DNA of 63,881 nucleotides, counting the filler, from Bipalium vagum (lineage: Eukaryota), in assembly GCA_037834085.1 (NCBI GenBank). It is 3 parts of 3 records of this genome, joined end to end, with 100 filler letters (N's around TTAATTAATTAA, not from the genome) between each part and the next. Parts side by side here need not be neighbours in the genome. Positions count along the whole stretch, not along the records: positions 1 to 30,253 come from JBBMKC010001076.1; 2 more parts are not named here. The stretch is one strand, 5' to 3'. Positions 1-13,925 of the stretch are shown here, one piece after another. Both the position numbers and the translations under genes were made by a program. The stretch's first letter is position 1. Each line of letters opens with the position of its first letter. The notes under the pieces were generated by a model. The model saw only the letters and a program-made list of their open reading frames with translations, was not told the origin of the DNA and searched no databases.

Positions 1-3000
1 TATATATATATATATATATATATCACTGTAATTTATAATTGTTTTAAATGATTAAAATAAATAATAAATAATAAATAATAATAATAATAAATAAATAATA
101 AAATTTAATAAAATGACTATTTTCGTGCCGTATATTTATTTTACCAAAAATGTATTTCGAAATAATCAATATTAAAGTTGATAAATAATTAATTATCAGG
201 AGAGAGAGAACGCAACCTTAAACCGACAATGTTTCTGATTTTCGTTCAATTCGGGTGGATTTCTGAGTTTCTTGTCAGGTGGTTGGAGATTGTTCCAATT
301 TTAATACCTAAACTAGCTGCGCTCGATCTATTGTACATGAATTCAATTTGACTAAACCCTTTAATTTTTTTCACTATTGATTTGTCTTTCTTTCTTTCTT
401 AATTTTGAGTGTCTCATTTTCATCACTAAACTTTTTGAACCAATATTATAGTGTATGTTCGTTCACGAGATGCACAGTTAATGTTTTGCTGGTTTCGATA
501 TTTTGTGACCCAGTTTACACTCGCATAAGAAAATGATACGTAACTATTTATTTTCCATAAAACCTTATAAAATTAATAACTAGGTAATCTGAAATTAATC
601 CATAAAGAAATACTCACAGAAATATATTGAAAATTGAACACTTTAAAACATATAAAACACAAAGTAAAAAATAAAAATTAATCTCAAAATAACGTCAAAT
701 AAATGAAATCTATAAGAACCGATATTAATTTAGAAATCTAATCGATAAAGTTCAATATGTAATATATTTCCCACTGTAAAAATGTTCAAATGAACTTGTC
801 ATACAGTGTAAAGTTTCATAAATAATGTCGTCAATAATCAAATTTATCTGCAACCAAAAGAGATTTCCATTATCAAACTCGTGTAGATCTTCACCACCTC
901 AATTTAATCTATGCATTTTCCAAATAATTTTAATATTGGAATTCGTAGTTTCAATATAAATATGTAGCATAGAATATTATAGGGAAAATACTTTAACAAT
1001 AATTTTGACATATTCTATAATTAATAATATAATATTATTATGAAGACAGAACTAAAACTCATCGGTCAACAATTAATTATTAATTTAATGATAGCCAATG
1101 ACTTAATATACAACCAATATAGTTAAATGCTATATTCATTATAATTGCCAAATGAGGAATCCAGATTATTCAGGCTATTAACCTATATTTTATTTATTAA
1201 CTTTTATCACTAATTCAGCTCAGTTCTCAACCAGACTCTTAAGAAAACGTTTTTTTTCGAATTTTATCATTAAAAAAATTATCTTCTGATCATTCAGAAT
1301 ATGACCAAAAGATAATATAAAATATGCTGTATATCATTCAATTCTGTTATTATGAACATTTCTTCATTTAATTAATGGTGAAATAATTAATCAGATAATT
1401 TTTGAAGTATATTATTTATTATTTCATTTATATTTTTCCAATTATTCAAATTAATTATATTATCATAATTATTTTGATGGTAAGATTCTATCTATAAAAT
1501 AAATGAATTAAAACAATCGACAAAAATATTTTAAATAAGATTAAATTTTTTTTGCATAAATTGGATTTGATATTTGCTTTTGAATTATTTTCACTAAACA
1601 TCATAAAATATTTTAAATGATTTCAAAATATGTTTTAATAAATAAATTTTGTAACTATTCAAGCAAAATAATTTTTAAATAGTTAAAAAATTTATTTTAA
1701 AAAATAATTAATTTCTTAAAACTGTCTATTAATTTTCTTTTTAAATGACAAAAGTTTTAACAATTTTCTGGTTGAATTATTATATTCAATTATGGAATAA
1801 GTACAATAAAAATTTAAACTACTTTTGTTTTACTTAATCCCTAAAGAAACGTAATTGATTTCATATAAATATTTTAATTAACAAGGTCTCTATTTTCAAT
1901 CAATGAAATTTTACTCCCAACTTGGGAGAGAAACTTTATGATGGTTACATAGCATAAATATCGTGAATCCAACATTAAATTAGGAACGATTGTGAATTGC
2001 CTATTCAATCTTGCTTATGTCATTATCATTAACTAAGACTGATAAAATTTTATAATTATTGATAAGAGGTTAGGAGACGCAAATTTAAAATTCTCCTCTG
2101 TTATGAAGGTGGCCCGACCTATTCATTTGTGAATGCTACTATCTGTTAATTGTAATAATATCAATTATCCTAATTATCTGCAGGGGAAATAGTTGTGCGT
2201 TTTCATGCGTTTTAACAATGAAGAGTTATAAAAATATTAACATAACTCACCAAAACTTTTTGACATTTTAAAAAAATGATTAACTTTTTTCCTTTCGAAA
2301 ATATTTATTATCATTTTGAAAGTCACAAATGTCTCGTTTAATTTTTCCGCCTAAGTCGGGTGTATCTTACATGCTATTGTTTATTTTGTTGTGTATTTTA
2401 ATGAGGCTAGGGCAGAATCTTTGAATGATCACAACATTATTAACTAAAAGATGATTAGACAGAGTAAATAAATGAGGAAGAATTGGTAAATATTTATGCA
2501 TTTTTGATTACGACGAAATATTCAAATATTCATTAATATTTCCTTTAATAAAGTCGACTATATTTAATTATAATGGCCTGACGCAACCAGGTTGACACAA
2601 TAGAAATTGTATTAGTAATAATTATTTTATAACTCAATAATTAATTAAATAACTCGGAAAATGAATTTAAAAAAAGAAAAATGTTCATTTTTCGACATTG
2701 CTGAAATTGTTAATTTAAAATAATTGTTAATCTTAAAAATTTATTCCACTCAATCCGATTCTTCATAAAGATTATGACCAAAATTAGTCTGGAATTAATA
2801 TTTTATCACTTTAAAGTGAAGGTTTTAGGACAACGTTTTAGACAAATCTAAGACAGCAATTATTAAATATGATTGTTCTCTTCAGGACACTTTAATTTAG
2901 TTCAACAATAGATGTAAAAAATCAAAATTAAAATGACGAAGTATTTAAAAATAATGATAATGATAACAATATCAGTAATATAAGGTATACCTTTAAATAA

Positions 3001-3122
3001 TGGGGATTTTTGAATATATATTTTATGATAGAAGATAAATAAATTTTATTGATTATATATTGTATTTTGCTTTTGATAATCATTTAAATATTATTAAAGT
3101 TTTAATATTTTTATATTTAGGA

Positions 3123-3327
3123 ATGTCAAAAATTATTCTTGGAGAAAACCATTTTGCGGGTGATAATCCACTATTTTATTATGGGAAAAACTGATGTAGA
3201 AATTTACCGTATATATTACGATTTTTATGGGAAATATGCTCAGCCTACCCATGACAGTTGGTTTAATCTCTTCAAAAATTATGATTTCAGTGTGAAAAAC
3301 AATGAATGTCCTGGGAGGAGCCGCTAA
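3123..3327 (+). mobile_element. mariner transposase 5' fragment (N-terminal HTH), decayed
   Basis: ORF 3139-3327 (ILRVIIHYFIMGKTDVEIYRIYYDFYG...WFNLFKNYDFSVKNNECPGR) follows the Mos1-type N-terminus (LR..L.F.F...K...E.HR.L...YG...WF..FK.GDF...D..R.GR); no catalytic domain follows. Confidence 0.75.
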
Positions 3328-4289
3328 AGGGGTTCATCATAATAATAATATTAATAAGAAATATTAATGTTTTTATTCTATACAAAATGGAAATGTATTT
3401 TAAAATTATTTTACATTAATAAAATTAATTAATATTACTTCATTAATTAATTATTTATTACAAAATTAATACAAAATTTTAATGTTGACATAGGAAAGTA
3501 TTCGAGTGAATTTAATTGTTGTTTAATTGTTGCTATCCTGTCTTATAATAATAATTCATTTATCAGATTTTTCGATATCCGACGGAAATAAATCACGAAA
3601 TCAAAAATCAGAATAATTAAGATTTTATAGTGTAACATAAGTACAATTATTGTTCTTTATTAATAACAATTAGAATAGTACAAATTAATATAATGATAAC
3701 TTTAATTAAGATAAATAATAAATAAATAAAGAAAGAAAAACAATGGGAACCATGAAAACTATAAAGTTTATTAAAAGAAACTGCCCACGATGTTATTATA
3801 TTATTTCAAGTTTTTAACAACCTGTTGAAAAAATATCCACACAAATTTTCTAATTAGGAAAAATATAAAATTCCTGTTTGTTTTAATAAACAAGTATAAA
3901 AAGTACCATTTCCATTAAGTGTTTTTTGTAAAAACTATTTGTGCTTAGGTTTTTTTGCCATTAATAAATGTAATTTATTTATTTTTATTTTCTTCTACAT
4001 AATTGAATAACTTAAGTATTTACAAAAATATTAACGGGTTAAAGAATAAGTAATTGAGTATTATAATATCATATTTGTCAGTTTTCTTAAAATATAAAGG
4101 TAATTTTCACTTATTTGAATTTATAAAAATATTGATCTTTAAATATTTATTAAACTTATTCTAAAAACCTTAAAATTTTTAGTATAAGATTATCGATTTC
4201 ACAAAGGAGCATATCTCACAGTTTTAGAGCGATTACAAAATATCGATTGCGACCACGGACATTTGTGCAATACATTTGAGGAAATAATT

Positions 4290-4674
4290 GATCAATTAAA
4301 TAGTCAATTCAATTTTCTACTGAAAATTTGATGTGGATTCTGCAAGCAATTCATTTTTCGCCGATACCATTTCTTCAGTTTAGAGGTGAAGAACTCCTGG
4401 TACGTTGATTCTACCTCATTAAATATATTGAACTGCCGACCACGTAAGAAACGCCACGTAATCTGATGGTGCGAAGAATGCGGTAAAACTTCTATTTTTC
4501 CTACTTCCTTCAATTTTTTGAGCTACACGAGAGCGGTGTACAGGAGTGTTATCACGCTGATATAAAGTAAACGCCTTTTAGTCACTAAATCTGGATAACG
4601 ATTGCTCAAAACTGTTTATACTGGATCAATAGTATATATTACCAAAATACGAAACTATTTATTCCTTGACCCAA
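4290..4674 (-). mobile_element. mariner remnant (C-terminal part plus one TIR)
   Basis: Minus-strand IEVLPHS...FLRGRQFNIFNEVESTYQEFFTSKLKKWYRR matches a mariner C-terminus. Terminal TTGGGTCAAGGAATAAATAG next to TA at ~4655-4676 resembles a mariner TIR. Confidence 0.65.
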
Positions 4675-4762
4675 TATATCTATTTTATCAAACGTTATTT
4701 CGAGAAAATTAAAAAAAATATGCGAAATAAAAGAAATGCTAAAATTAGATATTATCCTTTAC

Positions 4763-6947
4763 CTTTTTACTTCAACCGCGTCTCCGAAGTCTAGTTCTTT
4801 AACGGGAAACCATTTTTTAGCAAGATTTTGTCTATAAAGTGAAAAGAATTCATTTTTGCTAGATAGACTATCATATTACCTTAGGTTATGCCGCTTAAAT
4901 TCCGCTCTTTCGTCATAGCCATTTCTAATTGAAGACCATCGTTTCCTTTCAAATTAATGCCATTATTGCAATGGAAATAAGACAGTGATTTATAAGACAA
5001 TTTTTAAAAATATTTCTTTTAAAATTACACAATAGTATAGCAAAAATAATAAAGAGAACAATCGTTTTATTTTTTCTAAATTATTTTAAATTATTTATCT
5101 AAAAAAATGTACTCTAAGCTTTTTTGACATTTTTGAAATAAAATATTTTATATTTTTCAATATTTTAATTATTTTGTCATAAATGAGGAGCCAACGTTTT
5201 GTGGAGTGGTTGTAGTGTGGTTATCATTTTATCAAACTGGATTGAGATATGAAATATAAAATTTCACAAAGCAATAATTTTTGGATTCTTCTGTACTGCC
5301 TTAAAAGTTTCATATTTCTCTCTTGGAACTTCAATTGACGACATAATTCTATAAAATACGTTGTAGATTAAACTGATGTAATCAGGAAATATTTATCAAG
5401 CTCTAAATATGTAAATAAAGAAATTTAATTAAATTTGTAAGCCTTTAATTAAGAACCTTCATAACGAACACGAACAAATATCTTTGTAAAAATGGAAGAA
5501 AAAGAAAAGAAAAAACGAGATGATTTCGTGATATATTTCAAAATGCCAGAAAATAATAAATAAGAAGAAAAGTTAGTTCTACGTTATACGTAAATGTAAA
5601 TTATAAATTTTCATTTTATTCAGATGGTTGAAGAAATGTTAATGTTTTTCTGTCTATCCACAAAATAAGTGACATTGATATCATTGGTTTTTTCAAGTAT
5701 ACGGACATGAGCTTGTTTCTATTTTTAGAAGTCGCAAATTAAAATAAAATTACTAAAATTAAAAATTATTAAAAATAGAAAAAATAAAGTTGTTGAATAA
5801 TATTTAAGTGTTAGGTTGCAAACCTTAATTCCTGGAGTTTTTGAAAAGTACGCCATAAAATCAAGTATTTCTTCAGCATTTTAGTGATTATGTGAATATT
5901 TTAAATGTTAATTATATATATTATGTTTATGGCTCACTTAATTGTTTTAAGTTATACATACAAATAAAATGAAGGAAAAATGCGATGAAGTCCAAAAAGT
6001 TTACAAAATTAAACCAACCTGAAAACAACAAAATCTTAACTTTAAATCTAATTAATCATTTAATAAAATGGTAATCTTTCTACTCTATGGGCTGATAGGA
6101 GACCATAAATCGGGTGATCAATTGTAAACATAAACAATTTCATAAACAATGCCTGAGTCTTCCTTGCTTTGTGAGTAGGAGCAGAGTCTTGTTGGAAGAC
6201 ATACTTTTATACTTTGTATATACTTAATTATTTGAAAAATGAATAAAGTTTTCTTCATGAATAATGAATTCTTAGTATAAAATGAAATTAATTGGTGATT
6301 ATTTATTCATTTTTTATTAATAATTTGTTTATATTTTATTTTTTAATAATCTCCAACCAGGCGAAACAGTCACTGACAATCGCTACTAACAACAACTATT
6401 CCAGTTAAGTAATGAACTCGGATTAAGGAGATCATAATGGACGAAACGACTCGATAAAGTCATATTGCTTCATGATAACGCAAGGACTCCTGTTGCAAAA
6501 TCCGTGAAAGACACTCTGAAGGATTTCAATTGGGATGTCTTATCGCACCCGCCGTATTCTCCGGACATTGTCCCGTCGGATTATCACCTCTTTCAATCAA
6601 TAACTCTTAAGAAAATTTTTTTAAAATTTTTTTAAAAAAAATTGGTTGGATGATTGGATTGCCTTAATTGCCGGCCAATTTCTTCAAAGATGGAATTCAT
6701 AAGTTACCCAATTTGTGTGTTAAAAACGATGGAAATTATTTGTAATAAATAAATTGAAAATGCGTTTAAAAACGCGGAAATTGACTTGTACATCTAATAA
6801 AACTGTTAATGTTCAAGTATCCACAAAAAACCCAAACAAAACGTTTCAAAACAAGTTAAAAATATAAGTATTATTAATAACATTATAATATCATAATACT
6901 GGTGATATTATTGTTAATATTAACTTAATAATAATGTAAAATCAATA

Positions 6948-6985
<38 letters not shown>

Positions 6986-7216
6986 TAACGAAACTTATCA
7001 GATTTATAATCTGTAGAAATATTGATTTTTCAACAAAAATTCAATTTAGGTATTTTTTTAAAAATTTTTTTATTAAAAAAAATGAAAGAACATATGAAGT
7101 TTTTAATTTATTTATTCATTAATACATATAATTTAATATTAAAAAAATCTATATTTACTTCAACCCCACTGCCTCTGACATCATTACCATGTTGCATAAG
7201 ACAACGAATAGTGAAA
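4763..7216 (-). CDS. neuropeptide prohormone (flatworm NPP-36-like, WFPVKE peptide); partial multi-micro-exon gene
   Basis: Phase-compatible GT-AG exons on the minus strand at 5481-5457, 5348-5297, 4924-4880 and 4831-4763 splice to IFVRVRYEELCRQLKFQERNMKLLRQNGYDERAEF-KR-HNLRQNLA-KK-WFPVKELDFGDAVEV-K(R). An upstream exon at 7216-7159 probably encodes part of the signal peptide (frame ambiguous). The two 3' exons are best supported; start and stop exons are unresolved. Family assignment is from recollection of flatworm WFP[VI]KE peptides, not a search. Confidence 0.7.
6070..6201 (-). mobile_element. Tc1/maT(DD37D)-like transposase fragment
   Basis: Minus strand reads VFQQDSAPTHKARKTQA, the second-Asp motif of Tc1/maT transposases. 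Confidence 0.55.
6345..6797 (+). mobile_element. mariner (Mos1/mauritiana-like) 3' half with right TIR, inside an intron of the neuropeptide gene
   Basis: LQPGETVT...KVILLHDNARTPVAKSVKDTLKDFNWDVLSHPPYSPDIVPSDYHLFQS (DD34D). Ends ...GGAAATTGACTTGTACATCTAA|TA. A weakly matching left TIR lies at 5811. Confidence 0.85.
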
Positions 7217-8380
7217 CTAGAAAAATAACCACAATTATAATTATATTTCAATTAATTATAAAAGAATTCTGTTACATAATAAAAAATATTTTTATATTTT
7301 TCAGTCTCTATTTTTCGTCATATTTATTCAGGAAATTAAATAGTTCATACATGTGTTCTCTTTGCGAAAGCTATTGTAGAGAGAATTCAAAGCCTTGTGT
7401 TATTTTGCAAAGATAAAGTATTAATGAAACAATAAAGTTATAGAAATGAAAATAGCTTTGCTCGCAGTCACATTAAAATGTGTGTATATAGGTTGAGTGA
7501 GGGTTTTTCTGGCAAATCTGAAGCTTCATTAAGATGAAAAATGAATTTTTTGTAAATTTTTTTTTGATAATGCATTTTTAAAAATAAATTTCACTGAAAT
7601 ATTTATTATTATTATTATTTTGTAGTTATTTCTTTAATATTTTTTATCGACAAATATGCTAATTTTATTTCACCATCACCAGCTTTTTCTCAAAAGAAAA
7701 AACCAAATCCTTTCTATTTTTAATTCTACACAACCTAAACAGGAAAACGAATATGAAACTTGAAATTATAATCATTTTTATTATTGTCTTTATAAAGATT
7801 GTTGGATGCATGATATCGGTTCCTTATGAAACCAAATGAACTAGATATTCCAGTAATTAATATCCGATTATCTTTAGTTCACTGGGAAATGTTCACAGAT
7901 CATTGACTTGAGGACTAATTTCAGAACAGATGGCAACCATGGAAGAATAATGTTTATGAACTTCAAAGGTCAGAATAATGACTGTCATGTGGATAAATAA
8001 TGAGGATTTTACTCAATGGAATGGATGGCAAAAGAGAGTTTTTGTTTCGTGCGCTTCCACCTGTTGATATTTTGTCATGGTGGTTTTCTTTTATTGGTTA
8101 TTACTTATTATTAAGGTATTTTCGAATGAAATAAATTGATTTTAACTTTTAAATCTTTTTTCTGATTTATATTTTGCAATAAAAATGCTTCATTATGCTT
8201 CATTAAAACATGGAACTTTTATTATGTATAAAATGTTGTATATTTCAAAGAAAATGGTGGGTTTTTAAAAATATGATATATATACATAATATTTTTAAAT
8301 ACTCACATCTTTATATATAATGATGATGTTATTCAGTGAATTCGATGGAAAGTGAGAGGTAGACAAAAATATCAAAAATA

Positions 8381-9251
8381 TCACATCTTTCAACAAATCC
8401 CCGGTCTGACACATTTATGACATCATTTTTGTCAAATCTACACGACTTTAAGATAGTACTGATATTCAATCAGTGTGTATCAAAATTTCTGATTATTTTA
8501 ATAATAATAATCTGATTAATTTATTTTTTGATTACCTTTGTTTTAATCAGAATAGTTTGTGTTGATAAAACACTTTTTTGTGACTGGAAAAAATACCGTT
8601 GGAGCCCAATAGTGGCTTGATAAGCATTATGGGGTTCTGGACCAAGGAAATTAACTATTTTTGACTGATATGCTAAGTTTAAACTCGGCTGTACAAGCAC
8701 CGATGATACCGAACGTTCTGTTCACCCAAAATCGATTGTTAATCCAGAAAAAATTTAAAAAGTTCACAAAATAGCTTTACAAGACCCTAAAATTAGGTTG
8801 ATTAAAATAGCTTATATCTTGAAGATATCAGAAGATAGTGTTTTTCAATTTTACAAGAAAATTTAGGCATGTGCAAGTTGCTTTCAAAGCAGTTGCCGTT
8901 TTTTCTCAAATCGGACCAGCAACAACAACGAATCGAAGATTCACAGGACTGTTTGGATGAATTAGTTCCCTACCCACTGTACTCTCCAGATCTGGCTCCC
9001 AGAAACTGCTGGCATTTTAAAGACATGAAAAAGATGCTCCAAGGAAAGAAATTTGACTCAAATGAGGAGGTGATAGTCCAAACTGAGGTCTATTTTGAGA
9101 CAAAGACAAATACTTTTACAAAAATGGCATCGAAAACCTAGAGAGTCGTTGGAATGAGTGATCTTGAAGGAGATTATGTTGATGAATAGTTGTATTTATA
9201 CTAAAAAATTGTTTTTTCTTAATTAGACCGGGGACTTATTGAATGATGTGA
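8381..9251 (+). mobile_element. Himar1-like (irritans subfamily) mariner, internally deleted, both TIRs
   Basis: TIRs TCACATCTTTCAACAAATCCCCGGTCTGAC / TTAGACCGGGGACTTATTGAATGATGTGA flanked by TA; the core matches the Himar1 TIR AAGTCCCCGGTCTGACAC. Decayed protein GKNTV...YAKFK...DQQQQRIEDSQDCL jumps directly to ELVPYPLYSPDLAP. Confidence 0.9.
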
Positions 9252-9259
9252 TATATGTA

Positions 9260-9718
9260 CAGCGGTGTTCAATAAAATATTGGTGTTGGTATTTAACATT
9301 CAAAATTATTAGATTACGTTAGAATTCTTTGGATTAAATTGTTATTATGAGTTTAGAAAGTTGTTAAGCATTCCAAAAAAAAATTCTAATTCGCACAATA
9401 ATATAAAACAAGTTTGAAAACGAAATCGTACGTACAATTCATTTGCGTGTTCAATAAAATAGTAGTATAACAATTAGTGACGATCATATCAAAAATAATA
9501 ACAAACTCACGTGGAGAATGTATTGAATTTTTAACATTCAGTTAATGTACGTAGTTGAAAATCCACCGTTTTTGATAACTGCGATAGATCGACATCATTA
9601 ATCAAATACTGGAAAGCATATTTTACGAAAATTATTGTTACTAAAGTTTTTACCATAGAAAAAAATTTCATGTTTCATAAATTTTACATTAACACTAACA
9701 TTTTATTGAACACCCCTG
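9260..9718. mobile_element. Tc1/mariner-type MITE
   Basis: TIRs CAGCGGTGTTCAATAAAATATTGGTGTT / AACACTAACATTTTATTGAACACCCCTG, TA on both sides, no ORF; internal copy of GTGTTCAATAAAAT at ~9447. Confidence 0.85.
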
Positions 9719-10661
9719 TATAAGAAATTCATCTAAGATGAGTTCTTATGAAATAGATATTTCCGAATTTGGTTAGACTCTTTTTCCAGCGGACACTTAT
9801 GTATATTATAATTCCATTAATAGCATAACAAATAAAAGTTTGTGTTAAGTTCTTCATAAATAAGGTTGTAATACCACAATAAGGATCTGTAATTGACGTC
9901 TTCGATCAGAGAAAACGAAATTGAATAGCCTTCGTATTATTGATATTAACAAGAAAACAAGTCCATCCTTTATTTTAGTGTAATTTTAAGATCTTATGTT
10001 AATAAAATCATTAACGGAAAATGTGTTTTGTTAATCACATTTAGGTAACATGATATAAATTCTACGTTGTTGTTAATATGATTTTCAACAGAAAAATTTA
10101 TATAAATAAAGTTTTGCTTAAAATGGTCTGTAATTAATTTTAATTAACATAGAACTTAATATTACATTTTCAAGTGAATATATACTTTGTAAATGTTACC
10201 GCTTTTGGTTAAGGTTAAATATAAGACACGTTAAATTTTAAGTCACTAAAATATAAAGCATAATGATTTTATTATAATATTATTATTAAATCACCATGTC
10301 AGTCTTTATATTTTCTTTTGAATAGAAATTCGGTATTATGAACCCATCCAAACTTTGTTTATTTCTTTAAGAATTAGATCTTAGGAAATGTTTTAACCTC
10401 ATCCACAAATTTTCAGTTAATTGTGTAAGCGTACCTGTTTGATGATCTACAATGTAATCTGAATGATCAATAGTTAAGTGTCTTATATTTTATCAGTTTA
10501 TTTTTAATTCTAATGATTTGATAAAAATGCTGAGAAATTTTATTGGAAAAAATATATATATAATTTTACTAAGCTGTTTTGACAGAAAAGAAACCAATTC
10601 CTCGTGGTGTATTGAAAAAGGCTTGTACATTGAATAGTGTAAATATATAACTTAATGAATA

Positions 10662-11587
10662 CCGTAGAGTTCGTCTATTCAGACATTTTTTACGGTTCCG
10701 AATTTTTAAATAGGAAAATACACTAGGACCAAATCTACTAATCCAAACAATTTTTTTGAATTTTTGCAAACAAATTTTTTGTAATACGAATTAATTAAAA
10801 TTTTTAAATTGAAAAACTATTTACGTACATATCCGATGTTTTAATGAATCCAATTACTTAAATTAATTACAATATTATTTAAATATTGTTTTTATAAAAT
10901 AAATACTTTTGAATTTGATATCATTTGCTACATACAAAACATGTATTTTAGACAGAATGGTAAAAAGAAATCGAATAGGAATTTTACTATCCAAAAAATA
11001 TGAAATTATAAAATTTGTAGAAAATCTAGAACAGGAAGTTTAATTGGTTTTAAATCAATATAGGTAAAATTTGGAATTAAAGTTCCGACTTTGTGATTTG
11101 TTAAAGCCAGAAAACCGTAAAGTAATAAAATAATTAATTAACAGTGAAGGCATAATAGGTTCTTCTAAAAGGATCAAAAAGTGTAAACATGGATTAAAAT
11201 CAGAAGCAGTTTTAACATGGTTCTCTCATACTCGAAATGTAAGACCTGATATTGCAATAAATAGTGATTTGTTGAAAGAAAATACAAATGAATTACCAAA
11301 AGAAGTAAAAGATTTCACTCTCAGAGAAATTGACATGAATTATATAAATTGCATGACAACATTGCACTACAAATCATGAATTAGCTGGAGTTCTTCTATT
11401 CACGAAAAAATTTATTTTGATAAGATCTTAGATCTGACATGATGTAGAAAAAGATTTGATCAAGACCAGACTGCTGTCATCTATAAATAAAAATTAATTC
11501 AATTTTTGGATTTATTTTAAAATCAAATTATTCTAATCCGGATGTTTTTTATGATCCCGAGGAATTCGAATTAGGCGAACTCTACTG
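10662..11587 (+). mobile_element. pogo/Tigger-like element, internally deleted
   Basis: TIRs CCGTAGAGTTCGTCTATTC / GAATTAGGCGAACTCTACTG with TA flanks. Decayed CENP-B-type HTH (KKYEIIKFVE...KRIKKCKH...EAVLTWFSHTRN..DIAINSDLLKE) at ~10957-11300. Confidence 0.8.
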
Positions 11588-13559
11588 TATCTTCATTCCA
11601 TAAACTTCAATTAAATTTCTTTAGCCTTATAGTTGAACAAATAAATTTTTAAATATAATAAATATATATAATATATTCAATTTTATCCAATAGTTTTTCT
11701 AGAATCCTCTTATATTAACAATTCAAAATTATTAAGATTCTCTTTAAACTAATAAATAGTCTGTGATAGGCATCACTTTAAAACTTTTGTTTATATATAT
11801 AATAAATTATTTTCTATGACAATCGGATCTCGGTTTTGTATAGTACCTATGTCAGTTCAAACAAACAAATTATAGAATATTCAGCATTTTTAGCAGAAAA
11901 CCAATATAAATTTTCTATATCATGAATATTTAAAATTGCGAATAAAGCTAAATAAAAAAATTAACAATAAAATAAATAAATAAGCCCGAACTTTCTTTCG
12001 TTTTTATTTAATAATATTTTAATGAATAATCTGATTTTGGATGATGAGCAGCGTTATCTATGTATTTATTATTTTTAATTTATTTTTATATAAAAGGGTT
12101 CTCAAACTATTAGGCTATTTATTAAATTATTTAAGGAACAATAAAGAATCCTGAATAGCAAAATATTTAAATGAAGTTATTTCCCTAACATCAAAAATTA
12201 GAAACGGCAAATTAAGTCTCTCATAAATTTCCACTGAGTCTCCTTTGAAGCATTAAGGAAAAATAAAATAAATCAAACAAGTCAAATTATTATTAATTTA
12301 ATATTAAATCTTTTCTTACGAATAATTGGTTGAATTATGACTTTAAAAAATGTGTTTATATATATTATTTTTTATTTTATATTGATAATATATTTTAGAT
12401 ATAAATGTTTATTAAATTAAGAATTTTTACGTTGTCTTCTTAAAAGCTTATTAACTCTTTTTTTCATGACACTTGCCTGTAATTTGTTCATCATTACATG
12501 GTTAATAAAGAATTATAGATTTTGATTTTGAAATTAAATATTAATGTTAAAAATGATAACAAATATGATCATTAACTAACTTGGTAATCCAAAGGAGATA
12601 CAGTACATCTTCTAAGATTTTTATGTTGGTTTTTTGTTTTCCTTCGATATTTATAAATTATAATTACATCGAATCAAAGAACAGTGAAAATAAACAACCG
12701 CCGCTCATTGGCTAATAATTTATAAATAATTTCTAATTTTTTAAAATAATAAATTCGAATACCTATTCATCAATCGTACTAGAATTTTTATATTTATAAC
12801 GCACAGGTTCTTAAACAAGCATGATAATTTCAAGCAAAATGGGTAATTGATAATTTTTATACTTTGTTTCTCCACAATAAAATTTACATAGTCAATTTAT
12901 TCAATATATATTCTCAATTAGTTAGTAAAATTTCAATTGGTCATTTAAATTCCCTAAATTATGAAAAACCAGTAATAATAATAAGAGAAATAATTATAGA
13001 AATAATAATAACACAAAAATATTATATGAATTATCATTTTAACTTAAATTTTTTATATAATGACTTTTGTAATTTTTATTTTTTATTGTATATAAAATAA
13101 TTATTATTAAAATAAATATTATTAATTTAATAATTAAAACTAAGGATCCGTTTTCTCTCTGGTATTAAATATTTTATGTTTCTAAATAATGAGGATTACT
13201 TTGTGGTTTATCTGAAGATCCTTATTAATTTTTTAATTTCAATTAGCGAAAAAACTTAATTTTATTTTTATTAAATTTGGTCTTGAATATTTCTTTTTTA
13301 AGTAATTACCTTTTATAATTAGAAATGTCACAGAAAGACTTCATTAATAATTCTAAAACCAAGCACTTTAGGCGACTCAGGCGTTGTTTAATTATCTTTG
13401 ACACAATAGACAAAATAAACTTTCTCAGAATTGTTAACTTATTATAACGTAAATAGTAATAAAAATAAATATAAAATATCTATCATGAAGTAAAATAATT
13501 AAATCGTAATACATAATTAATTTTACATTTATTATATAATTTTTCGTATTATATCGTAT

Positions 13560-13925
13560 TGTTAAGAGGGTGGTTGAAGGTTGCGTAAGGTTGTGTTCGT
13601 TAAAATTATTAAATAAACTGAAATAACGATGTAAGTTTAATACTTTTATTGAAATCGAATTAAAGCTTGATACTACAAATGAGTGATACCAATTCTGACC
13701 GATTAATGTGAGTTTATTAATTATAATTATTATTTATAAAAATCCTCTCGCACTTAGGCTCAGAGATCCTCAGTAAAGAAAAACAAATATACTTCACCGC
13801 TCTACTTAGCGTGTGAAATATGAATAAAAAAAGGTAAATGAGAAATAGGAATTTAAAAAATTACTTGATCCTCAGCCTGAGTATTTAATTAATATTAATT
13901 TATACAAACTGTGTCTTGTCTAACA
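13560..13925 (-). mobile_element. LTR-like segment
   Basis: TGTTA...TAACA termini, 366 bp; TATA-like then AATAAA order on the minus strand; no matching TSD. Confidence 0.35.

Noticed and set aside
7159-7216. FTIRCLMQHGNDV resembling the PCBP KH-domain start
   Set aside because: No GxxG loop follows; the exon fits better with the neuropeptide gene.
12864-13100. Short I/N/K/F/Y-rich ORFs in the track (e.g. 12864, 45337, 46550, 52041, 57677, 60991)
   Set aside because: Composition is what AT-rich non-coding DNA gives by chance; no motifs or splice support.
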